Shown here piece after piece: positions 54,731 through 62,832 of a stretch of DNA of 64,000 nucleotides. A program made the translations under genes and the position numbers. The notes under the pieces were generated by a model that did not search any database, was not told where the DNA came from, and saw nothing but the letters and a program-made list of their open reading frames with translations. Origin of the DNA: Bacteroidota bacterium (lineage in GTDB: Bacteria > Bacteroidota > Bacteroidia > Bacteroidales > F082); contig JADJXJ010000001.1 of NCBI GenBank assembly GCA_016715945.1, positions 1,599,367 to 1,663,366 on the forward strand, in the 5' to 3' direction. Positions within the stretch are counted from its first letter, which is position 1, and every line of letters begins with the position of its first letter.

Positions 54731-55810
54731 ATGAAAAAAAACCGACTGGCATTGTACTTAACCATCGGACTGGCACTGACTGCACTGGTGCTGGTTTTGA
54801 CCAGATCAGGCAGTTCTACTGTGGACTACAAGGACGCCGATTTTGCTGTGCTAGATACGGCCAGTGTGACCAGGATTTTTATTGCCGACCTCGATACCAA
54901 CCAGGTGCTGCTCGAACGCACAGCAAGGGGCTGGACCCTCAATAAAGACTACAAAGCCAGCCAGTGGAAGGTGGACGAACTGCTCAACACCATGCTGAAA
55001 CTCAGGGTACGCGGACCCGTGTCGCAGTCGAGCCACAACAACGTGATTTCGCGCATGGCCGGCATTGCGCTCAAAGTGGAAGTGTATCAAAAGAAACCCC
55101 TGATCAACCTTTTCGACAAAATCAAACTCTTCCCCAGGGAAGTGCGCACCAAAACCTACTACGTGGGCGACAATCCGCGCGACAACATCGGCACGTTTAT
55201 GCTCAAGGAAGGAGCACGCACCGCCTACATCATGTATATGACTGGTTTTAAGGGCTTTGTGATGTCGAGATATTCGGCCTTCGAAGACGACTGGCGCGAT
55301 CATACGGTATTCAGCCACAAGCTCAACGATATCCGAAGCGTGGAGCTCATCTTCAACGAAGAACCCTGGCAAAGCTTCAGGATAGAGCGCACCGACGGCC
55401 TCAATTTCAAAATTATCAGGCTGGCGGATGATAAGGTGATGCCCGAATACGACACCCTGCGGCTGCTCAACTACCTCACCTCATTCGGCGACCTGCGTTT
55501 TGAGGCCGTGTTGAACAACACCATGCCACGCCAGAAAATCGACTCGGTGCTCAACTCTCCGTTTTTACACAGGCTGACGCTGGTGGACATGCAAGGCGAT
55601 ACCACCCGCATGACCACTTTCAACAAAAAGAAATTTGCCGAGCATCTCGATATTGAAGAAAAGCTTGTGCCAATGGACCTTGACAGGGCCTATGCGCTTG
55701 TAAACCGGGAGCGCGATTTTGTGCTGATACAGTATTTTGTATTCGACAAGGTGCTTCGGCCTGCGCTCTATTTTGAACCCGGAGCACCGGATTTCAGCAA
55801 CGTTTACTGA
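54731..55810 (+). CDS. DUF4340-domain protein (usual partner downstream of gldG)
   Basis: N-terminal TM anchor. The size and position match the DUF4340 proteins that follow GldG-type genes. Confidence 0.65.
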   Translation: MKKNRLALYLTIGLALTALVLVLTRSGSSTVDYKDADFAVLDTASVTRIFIADLDTNQVLLERTARGWTLNKDYKASQWKVDELLNTMLKLRVRGPVSQSSHNNVISRMAGIALKVEVYQKKPLINLFDKIKLFPREVRTKTYYVGDNPRDNIGTFMLKEGARTAYIMYMTGFKGFVMSRYSAFEDDWRDHTVFSHKLNDIRSVELIFNEEPWQSFRIERTDGLNFKIIRLADDKVMPEYDTLRLLNYLTSFGDLRFEAVLNNTMPRQKIDSVLNSPFLHRLTLVDMQGDTTRMTTFNKKKFAEHLDIEEKLVPMDLDRAYALVNRERDFVLIQYFVFDKVLRPALYFEPGAPDFSNVY

Positions 55811-56232
55811 GCCTTTGTTTTCACAACCACACTCGACCTGAGCACATTGCCCAGCCCGGGATTGATGACAGCCAGGTGCAGCATGCCCGTATCGGGCGCC
55901 ATAACCTGAAGCACCTGACCACCCAGTTCGGGTATGTTGGCCGGGCACATCAGTTGCTCACCGATGCTGCGTTCGCCCACCGTCCACACCTTGAGCTCAT
56001 CACCCCTGAGTTCTGTTTCGAAACGCAAAAACCTGTGACAACCATCGGGGCCAATCACACCATAGAAACGCACATCGAAAAGCTTTGCTGCCTCCACGGT
56101 ATCGGGATGCGCAATGCTGTCGACCCGGATCAGAAATTCCTCGGTGGAAAGCGACCTTGTGCCGCAACCAAAACCGGGAAACAACATAAACGCAAATGCT
56201 GCAACCAAGCTCAGAAACAAGCCATACCTCAT
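55804..56232 (-). CDS. hypothetical lipoprotein
   Basis: 142 aa from ATG 56232: MRYGLFLSLVAAFAFMLFPGFGCGT (lipobox). No family recognised. Confidence 0.5.
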   Translation of the reverse strand: MRYGLFLSLVAAFAFMLFPGFGCGTRSLSTEEFLIRVDSIAHPDTVEAAKLFDVRFYGVIGPDGCHRFLRFETELRGDELKVWTVGERSIGEQLMCPANIPELGGQVLQVMAPDTGMLHLAVINPGLGNVLRSSVVVKTKAQ

Positions 56233-56236
56233 AACA

Positions 56237-57451
56237 TCATTCTTTAGGATGGTTTTCCGCCGTGCCGGCTGAAGCCTGGTTTGTCTTCTTCTTATGGTCG
56301 CTGAGCGATCCTCCGAAAACATCAAAACCCACGAAGCGGCATTCCAGCGGGCCGTTGAAAACGGTGTATTTCTTAAAAGGCTTAAGACCTATATGTTTGA
56401 TTGCCTGAAGGTCGCTGCTGATGACCCAGGCTTTGTAGCCACTGAAGTTTCGTTTCAGGCTGTTGCCGATCATTTTATAGAGTGCGATGAGGTTGCTTTC
56501 GGGCAAACGCTCACCGTAAGGAGGATTGATGATCAGCACGCCCGGTCCCGGGGGTGGCAACAGGTTTTCCATGTTTTTACGGAAAAGCTTGATATCCTTG
56601 TGCAGACGGGCATGTTCGAGGTTTTTGGCGGCAATGTCGATTGCCCGGTTCGAATTGTCGGAGGCCAGGATGGGGCTTTCAGCCTCGCTGATCTGGCTGT
56701 CGGCTTGGTTGCGGATGCTTTTCCACAGAGCCGGGTCGAAGTCGTTCCATCCCATAAAGCCAAAATAACTCCGAAAATATCCGGCAGGGATGTGCATTGC
56801 GATCATGGCTGCCTCGATCGGGATGGTACCTGAGCCACACATGGCATCGAGGAAAGGCTCGCGTCCGTTCCATCCGCTTAGTTTGATGAGACCGGCGGCC
56901 AGCACCTCGTTCAACGGAGCCTTGTCGGTCATGATGCGGTAGCCCCTTTTGTGCAGCGAGTCGCCCGAAGCATCAAAATAGAGGTTGATTTGGTCTTCGT
57001 TCACGTGCACATGCAGCCTCAGATCGGGCTTATCAGTATTTACATCAGGACGTTGCCCTTGCCGGTCGCGGAAGTAATCAGCCACGGCATCCTTTGTTTT
57101 GAGCGCCACATATTGCGAATGATTGAAGAACTTTCCGCTGATGACGGCATCCACAGCAAATGTCTTTTCGGGACTGAGGTAGTTGTACCAGGGCAATTGC
57201 CGCATCTGGTCGTAAAGTTTGCGGTCGTTGACTGCCGTGAAACCTGCCACCGGATACAATATGCGCAGGGCTGTCCGGAGCGTATAACAAGCCCTGTACA
57301 TCAATGCTTTATCCCCATCAAAAGCCACTGCCCTGCGCAATGGTTCAATACGCTGTGCGCCCAGCTTCCTGAGTTCTTCTTCCAACACCTGCTCCAATCC
57401 GGCATGCGTTTTTGCCACCAGGCGCAGCTTCTGCCCGTTACCAGCCTCCAT
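56237..57451 (-). CDS. THUMP-domain class I SAM-dependent RNA methyltransferase (RlmL/UPF0020-like)
   Basis: THUMP N-terminal region, DAMCGSGTIPIEAA (SAM motif I), INPPYGERL (NPPY motif IV). Confidence 0.85.
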   Translation of the reverse strand: MEAGNGQKLRLVAKTHAGLEQVLEEELRKLGAQRIEPLRRAVAFDGDKALMYRACYTLRTALRILYPVAGFTAVNDRKLYDQMRQLPWYNYLSPEKTFAVDAVISGKFFNHSQYVALKTKDAVADYFRDRQGQRPDVNTDKPDLRLHVHVNEDQINLYFDASGDSLHKRGYRIMTDKAPLNEVLAAGLIKLSGWNGREPFLDAMCGSGTIPIEAAMIAMHIPAGYFRSYFGFMGWNDFDPALWKSIRNQADSQISEAESPILASDNSNRAIDIAAKNLEHARLHKDIKLFRKNMENLLPPPGPGVLIINPPYGERLPESNLIALYKMIGNSLKRNFSGYKAWVISSDLQAIKHIGLKPFKKYTVFNGPLECRFVGFDVFGGSLSDHKKKTNQASAGTAENHPKE

Positions 57452-57464
57452 ATCAAATTTTGGG

Positions 57465-57472
57465 CAAAGGTA
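57465..57472 (-). promoter_or_regulatory. candidate -7 box TACCTTTG upstream of the THUMP methyltransferase
   Basis: Reverse complement of caaaggta. Lies 14 nt upstream of ATG 57451. Confidence 0.35.
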
Positions 57473-57503
57473 ATACAATGGGTTGTGGCAGCCGATTCGG
57501 AAG

Positions 57504-57511
57504 TATTTTTG
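57504..57511 (+). promoter_or_regulatory. candidate -7 box TATTTTTG upstream of the MazG-like gene
   Basis: Matches TAnnTTTG. Lies 17 nt upstream of ATG 57528. Confidence 0.45.
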
Positions 57512-57527
57512 CCAAAACATTGATGCA

Positions 57528-57857
57528 ATGACCCTTCAGGAAGCACAGCAAAAAGTGGACAACTGGATCAAGGAAGTGGGTGTACGCTACTTCAGCGAGC
57601 TCACCAATACCGCAGTTTTGATGGAAGAAGTAGGTGAACTTGCCCGAATCATGGCGCGTAAATTTGGCGACCAGTCGGCCAAGCCAACCGACAAAGAAAT
57701 GAACCTGGCCGACGAAATGGCCGATGTGTTGTTCGTGCTGATCTGTCTGGCCAACCAGACTGGCGTTGACCTGGACAAAGCGCTCCAGGACAACCTGTTG
57801 AAAAAGACGAAGCGCGATGCGGAGCGCCATAAAAACAATCCCAAGCTCAATAGCTAA
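57528..57857 (+). CDS. small MazG-like nucleotide pyrophosphohydrolase
   Basis: 109 aa: LMEEVGELARIMARKFG...ADEMADVLFVLICLAN (EExxE...DxxD helices). Confidence 0.8.
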   Translation: MTLQEAQQKVDNWIKEVGVRYFSELTNTAVLMEEVGELARIMARKFGDQSAKPTDKEMNLADEMADVLFVLICLANQTGVDLDKALQDNLLKKTKRDAERHKNNPKLNS

Positions 57858-57860
57858 ACG

Positions 57861-60236
57861 ATGCCGCACACCAAAAGCCTGATTGTGGCGGTCATATTGC
57901 TGCTGGCTTCGATGCATACCGGGGCACAAGGCCTGAGCGGCAAGGTGATTGATGCCCAGAGCGGCAAGCCGGTGGCTTTTGCCCATGTGACCGATAGCCT
58001 GGGCCGTTTGGTGGCAGTGTGCGATCTGGACGGAAACTTTTCACTGGAAAGCAAACACAAATCACTTTCATTCAGCAGCATAGGCTACGAGAAACAAACT
58101 GTCGGGCTGTCCGGAACAGCAGCTCCCGTGCAGGTTTTGCTCCTGCCTAAGGTGGAAGAGCTGGCCGAGGTGGAGGTGAAGGCCGGCGAAAATCCGGCCT
58201 GGCGCATTGTGCGCAATGCAAGGGCCAACCTCAGGCAGAATGCACCTCAGTCGCTGCAGTCCTACCGGCTCAGGCGTTATGACCGGCTGGTCATCGGGGC
58301 CGACTCAAACATCCGGCTGCCCGACGAAAGGCTTGAAAACCACCTCAGAACCCATGACTTGCTGGTCATGGAAATCCTGGTGGAAGAAATATTTACGGCT
58401 GATGGCGGCAAAAAATCCAGTGTGATTGCAACAAAGGTTTCAGGTTTGCGCGATCCTGTATTCGTTTTTCTGATGGATCAGTTGCATGCAACCGACTTTT
58501 ACGGCGAGCAGATCATGATTGGCGGACAGTTGTATGCCAGCCCGCTGGCCGCCGGCAGCCTCAGTCAATACAGTTTTTTGCTTGAGGAATCGCTGGCGGT
58601 AAGCGAAACCGACAGCCTTTTTTCAATTAGGTTTGAGCCCAGGCCCGGCAGCCGTTTCAGCGGTTTGCGCGGCAGAATCAGCATACTGTCGCCCGACTGG
58701 GCCATAAAAAGTGTGGTAGCCAGGCCTGCGGCAGGCAGTGGAAGCATGGATGCCGAAGTGCTGCAGCTTTACGAGAAACAAGACGATCAGGCATGGTTTC
58801 CGGTTACGCTCAACACCCGACTCTGGCTCCGCATACCCACTGCCACCGGCATGGCAACGCTTGCGGGCGAAGGCTTGAGCAGGATAAGCGGGATACAAAT
58901 CAACCAGCCCGCAGAGGCTGGCAAACAACGAGGGGTGCGTCTTGAAGTGGACAAAGATGCATGGGGCAGGTCGGAGGAATGGTTGTATGCCTACCGCCCC
59001 GACAGTCTGGACCTGCGCCTGCAGCGCACCTACCGGTATATGGATTCGCTGGGCGCGGTTGTGGGCCTCGACCGTTGGCTTGGCATAGCCGAAGCCCTCA
59101 GCAGCGGAAGCCTCCGCCTGGGCGGATTCGACTTTCCTTTCAACAAACTGCTGAAATTCAATGAAACCGAGGGCTACCGGCCAGGATTGGCTTTCCGGAC
59201 CAATGAACGCTACAGCTCAACTTTTTCGCTCATGATGTATGGCGCTTATGCCACGCGCATCAGGAAGCCGCTCTGGCAAATTGAAGCAAGTGTGCACAGC
59301 CGGAAAACCCCCAACGCCTGGCTGGCCGTCTCGTTCCACGACACCCATCGGGCGCGTGAAGCCGGACTCTCCGACGAGCAAACAGGAGTATTCAACCCCT
59401 ACACCTTCAGGCAGTATTTCTACAGCGCCATCAACAACATACAAGGGTACAAGGCCGGATTCAGCTTTCCGCTTGGGGAAACTACCAGCCTGCAACCCTG
59501 GTTTGCCCGAGAGACAATCGAACAGCTAAATCCTGCTTTTCTGAATCCGGGCAATTCCGGGCTCGTAACCACCATAGCACTGGGAATCAGGCTTGCACCA
59601 GGCGAACAATGGATGCGCACCGACAGGGGTCTTCGCCGGCTCAATCCGCCCAATCCGCTCCTGATGACCGAATTGCAGCGAATTCATTATCAATATAATG
59701 GAAGTGATATTCTGATAGCACATCAATTGCGGATTGCTGCCGAGTATTTGTGGAAACACCCCTTTAGCGGTCAAACCGCGGTAAAGCTGGAATCGGGTTT
59801 GAGCGACCGAAAACTGCCTGATTTGCTGATGTTTGAACTGCCGGGTTCATACAACAAATATTTGCTTTATGCCCCTTTAAGTTTTGGCTCCATCACCCCA
59901 GGCAGCATTCAATCCGAAGGCTTTGCAGCTTTATACCTCACCCACAATATGCTTCCCTTGCGGGCAAAAAACAAAAAATTCAGGCCACAACCTGCAATAG
60001 TGCAACACATCGCGATGCTAATCAAACCCACAAACAGTATCGGGGATAACCAAAATACCAATCTTTTCTCTCAACCAATTGCTGAGTCAGGGCTGATTAT
60101 CAATAACTTAATCCGTTCGCCTGGAGGTAATTTGGGCACAGGAATATTTTACCATTGGGGAAGCTACGCTGCAAGCCGGGCAGCTAACCGATTATTGATT
60201 AAAATTGCATTAACGTTCAACACCATGGGCAGTTAA
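57861..60236 (+). CDS. carboxypeptidase-regulatory-like domain + DUF5686 outer-membrane-type protein
   Basis: Signal peptide, GLSGKVIDAQSGKPVAFAHVTD...FSSIGYEKQTV (CarboxypepD_reg fold), then about 650 aa of beta-rich sequence. Confidence 0.7.
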   Translation: MPHTKSLIVAVILLLASMHTGAQGLSGKVIDAQSGKPVAFAHVTDSLGRLVAVCDLDGNFSLESKHKSLSFSSIGYEKQTVGLSGTAAPVQVLLLPKVEELAEVEVKAGENPAWRIVRNARANLRQNAPQSLQSYRLRRYDRLVIGADSNIRLPDERLENHLRTHDLLVMEILVEEIFTADGGKKSSVIATKVSGLRDPVFVFLMDQLHATDFYGEQIMIGGQLYASPLAAGSLSQYSFLLEESLAVSETDSLFSIRFEPRPGSRFSGLRGRISILSPDWAIKSVVARPAAGSGSMDAEVLQLYEKQDDQAWFPVTLNTRLWLRIPTATGMATLAGEGLSRISGIQINQPAEAGKQRGVRLEVDKDAWGRSEEWLYAYRPDSLDLRLQRTYRYMDSLGAVVGLDRWLGIAEALSSGSLRLGGFDFPFNKLLKFNETEGYRPGLAFRTNERYSSTFSLMMYGAYATRIRKPLWQIEASVHSRKTPNAWLAVSFHDTHRAREAGLSDEQTGVFNPYTFRQYFYSAINNIQGYKAGFSFPLGETTSLQPWFARETIEQLNPAFLNPGNSGLVTTIALGIRLAPGEQWMRTDRGLRRLNPPNPLLMTELQRIHYQYNGSDILIAHQLRIAAEYLWKHPFSGQTAVKLESGLSDRKLPDLLMFELPGSYNKYLLYAPLSFGSITPGSIQSEGFAALYLTHNMLPLRAKNKKFRPQPAIVQHIAMLIKPTNSIGDNQNTNLFSQPIAESGLIINNLIRSPGGNLGTGIFYHWGSYAASRAANRLLIKIALTFNTMGS

Positions 60237-60248
60237 ACTTCGCGGCAT

Positions 60249-61346
60249 ATGAAACAACAAACCCAATTGTATCTGCAGCTGTTGCTGATCGCAATCGCTT
60301 TGTTTCTTGCCGGTTGGTTTTTCACGGCAATGATGGTGTATGTCGGCATAGCCATCGTGGTCTCGCTGATTGGCCGGCCAATTGTTGACTTTCTTAAGAA
60401 GATACACTACAAAGGCTATAAAGTAGGCAATAGTCTGGCAGCAGGCCTGACCCTGTTTTCCCTTATCGGGCTGCTGGCCATTGTGTTGAGTGTGGTTGGC
60501 CCGATGGTTTCGTATCAGGCTTCGCTCATCGGCTCAATCGATCTGGGAGCGCTCGGCAGATATTATGCCGAAGAAATTGATCAACTCAACGAGCTGGCAG
60601 AAGAATATAAGCTTCTGCCACCGGATGTCGGACTAAACCAATATATCGAGGACAAACTTTCGGGGCTGCTTGATTTCAATCTTTTTTCGGGTGCGCTGAC
60701 AAGGCTGATTTCGGCCACAGGTTCTCTGTTTATGGGACTGTTCACTGTGTTGTTTCTTGGCTTTTTCTTTCTGAAGGAACCCTGGCTGCTGCACGATGCC
60801 ATCCTCCTGGTTACCCCCCAAAGTTTTGAATCGCGTATGAAACTTGTCATCGAGGAATCGCGGAGCCTGTTAAGCCGCTATTTCATTGGCCTGGCAATCG
60901 AAGTGGCCTCAATGATGTTTATCCTTTCGCTCATCCTGTCGCTTTTTGGCATCAACAATGCCATGCTCATCGGGTTTATGGGCGGACTTTTCAACGTGAT
61001 TCCCTATCTGGGACCCATCATTGGCGCCACCCTCGGAGCCATCATGTCGGTGGTTTATTTGCTGGCCTATGGGCAATACGACCAGCTAATCTTTAGTGTG
61101 ATCGTGGTCATAGGCACATTTTCGGTGGCAAACCTGTTTGACAACATTGTGCTTCAGCCGCTGATCTATTCGAAAAGCGTGAAGGCCCACCCGGTAGAAA
61201 TCTTTCTCGTGATCATCATGGCAGGACAGCTGGCAGGCATTGGCGGAATGATTGCTGCCATTCCGGTTTATACGGTATTGAAGGTGATTATCAAAACAAT
61301 AGCTTCACGAGAGGCCCTGGCTACTTCATCAACGCACAACAATTGA
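60249..61346 (+). CDS. AI-2E family transporter (PerM/UPF0118)
   Basis: 8 TM helices: LGFMGGLFNVIPYLGPIIGA, LIYSKSVKAHPVEIFLVII. Confidence 0.85.
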   Translation: MKQQTQLYLQLLLIAIALFLAGWFFTAMMVYVGIAIVVSLIGRPIVDFLKKIHYKGYKVGNSLAAGLTLFSLIGLLAIVLSVVGPMVSYQASLIGSIDLGALGRYYAEEIDQLNELAEEYKLLPPDVGLNQYIEDKLSGLLDFNLFSGALTRLISATGSLFMGLFTVLFLGFFFLKEPWLLHDAILLVTPQSFESRMKLVIEESRSLLSRYFIGLAIEVASMMFILSLILSLFGINNAMLIGFMGGLFNVIPYLGPIIGATLGAIMSVVYLLAYGQYDQLIFSVIVVIGTFSVANLFDNIVLQPLIYSKSVKAHPVEIFLVIIMAGQLAGIGGMIAAIPVYTVLKVIIKTIASREALATSSTHNN

Positions 61347-61376
61347 CAAATGTGATAAATCAAATCAGATCAACCC

Positions 61377-61574
61377 ATGAATAAATCATTCACAAACTTT
61401 TTGCTGGGCCTGATGGCCGGTGCAGCCCTGGGTGTGGCCCTGTCGGCATGGCTCAACGACCAGCGCATGGATGAGTTGCAGGAAAAGCTGGCCGACAAAA
61501 CCAAAGACCTGCGCGATGAACTTGCCGATCAGATAGAAGCCCTGAAGCGCAAGATTGAAAATCAGGAACTTTAA
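61377..61574 (+). CDS. YtxH-like small membrane-anchored protein
   Basis: 65 aa: an N-terminal Gly/Ala-rich TM segment (FLLGLMAGAALGVALSAWL) and a charged coiled-coil tail. Confidence 0.6.
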   Translation: MNKSFTNFLLGLMAGAALGVALSAWLNDQRMDELQEKLADKTKDLRDELADQIEALKRKIENQEL

Positions 61575-61597
61575 GACCCAAGAAAGGCGAATTGAAT

Positions 61598-62185
61598 ATG
61601 GAAAGCTTTACCAGACCCATAAAGGAAATAACCAACGAAGCACGCGCTTATCTTAATCTGAGGGTAGCACAGCTCAGCCTCTCGTTCAGCAAAGCCTTCG
61701 CAAGACTGAATGCCATGATTGTGGTGGCAGTGGTGATGCTTGGGCTGGTGAGTATGGTTGTCATGATGCTCAGCTTTGCATTTGTGTTCTGGTATGGCAG
61801 CAAGGTAGGCACCTATTACCACGGATTTTTGATAGCCGCCTTATTTTATGTGTTGGTCGGATTGCTTGTTTATGTGATGCGTCAAAAGCTGTTCATCGAT
61901 CCGGTGATCCGGGGCATGGTGCGCCGGCTCAACGAGGATCTGGCATCGGATGGCTTGATACCCAAGGTGCAGAACTTACAGGAACTGCAGGTTCAGCTCG
62001 AACTCATCTCGCTCAGAATCAAGCAGAGCGAGCACCAAATGGAAACAAAATTTGCCGAACTGGGCGAATCGCTCAATCCGGCAAACCTGGCCAGGCAGCT
62101 CTTTGGCAACCTGCTTTCGTCATCGGCCCTGGCTGTCAGCCTGCTCGATCTGATCATCAGGCTCCTCCGTCGCAGAAGAAGCTGA
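61598..62185 (+). CDS. Holin-X/DUF1469-like membrane protein with C-terminal coiled coil
   Basis: Two adjacent TM helices after an amphipathic N-terminus, and the C-terminal heptad-like QELQVQLELISLRIKQSEHQME. ATG 61598 is preferred over the TTG at 61592. Confidence 0.5.
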   Translation: MESFTRPIKEITNEARAYLNLRVAQLSLSFSKAFARLNAMIVVAVVMLGLVSMVVMMLSFAFVFWYGSKVGTYYHGFLIAALFYVLVGLLVYVMRQKLFIDPVIRGMVRRLNEDLASDGLIPKVQNLQELQVQLELISLRIKQSEHQMETKFAELGESLNPANLARQLFGNLLSSSALAVSLLDLIIRLLRRRRS

Positions 62186-62193
62186 CAAAGGCC

Positions 62194-62757
62194 TCAGATT
62201 GTCATGATATCTTTTTCTTTGAGCTCGTAGAGTTTGTCAATCTTAGCGATGAACTGATCTGTCAGTTCCTGGATCTTTTCAACGAGTTTTTTCACCTCAT
62301 CTTCCGGGATTCCCTCTTTTTCAAGCTTTTTGGCTTCTTCGTTGGCTTGCCTGCGGGCGTTGCGCACGCTCACTTTTGCTTCTTCCACCTCCACTTTGGC
62401 ACGCTTCACCAGTTCGCGGCGGCGTTCTTCGGTGAGCGGGGGCACGTTGATGCGCAGCAGATCAGCCTCTTTGGTAGGGTTGAAACCCAGGTTGGCAGCC
62501 AGGATGGCTTTTTCAATGGCATGTATCGAGCTGCGGTCGAAAGGTTGCACAATAATCTGCCTGGGATCCGGGGTACTGATATTGGCCGTCTGTTCAATGG
62601 GCACATGGGCGCCGTAATACTCCACAATCACACCTTTCAGCATCGAAGGGTTGGCTTTGCCCGCCCTCACTTTGGCCAGCTCACGCTCCAGGTGTTCCAC
62701 TGCATGCACCATGCTTTCTTTGGCCGATTCAAGCACAAACAACGATTCTTCGGTCAT
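62194..62757 (-). CDS. frr: ribosome recycling factor
   Basis: 187 aa: RAGKANPSMLKGVIVEYYGA...LTEERRRELVK. Canonical Frr. Confidence 0.92.
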   Translation of the reverse strand: MTEESLFVLESAKESMVHAVEHLERELAKVRAGKANPSMLKGVIVEYYGAHVPIEQTANISTPDPRQIIVQPFDRSSIHAIEKAILAANLGFNPTKEADLLRINVPPLTEERRRELVKRAKVEVEEAKVSVRNARRQANEEAKKLEKEGIPEDEVKKLVEKIQELTDQFIAKIDKLYELKEKDIMTI

Positions 62758-62778
62758 GGCTCACTGTTTTTTATTTCA

Positions 62779-62786
62779 CAAAAATA
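62779..62786 (-). promoter_or_regulatory. candidate -7 box TATTTTTG upstream of frr
   Basis: Reverse complement of caaaaata. Lies 22 nt upstream of ATG 62757. Confidence 0.45.
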
Positions 62787-62832
62787 GCGGCTTTTGTTCG
62801 ATTTTTCTGCTTCCGATGTTTAAAAAAGCATT

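Noticed and set aside
57528-57857. Small MazG-like gene (and the DEDDh exonuclease at 33323-34159) as phage-defence or counter-defence genes
   Set aside because: Both sit in housekeeping contexts with no mobile or defence neighbours. Small MazG and this exonuclease type look like conserved core genes here.
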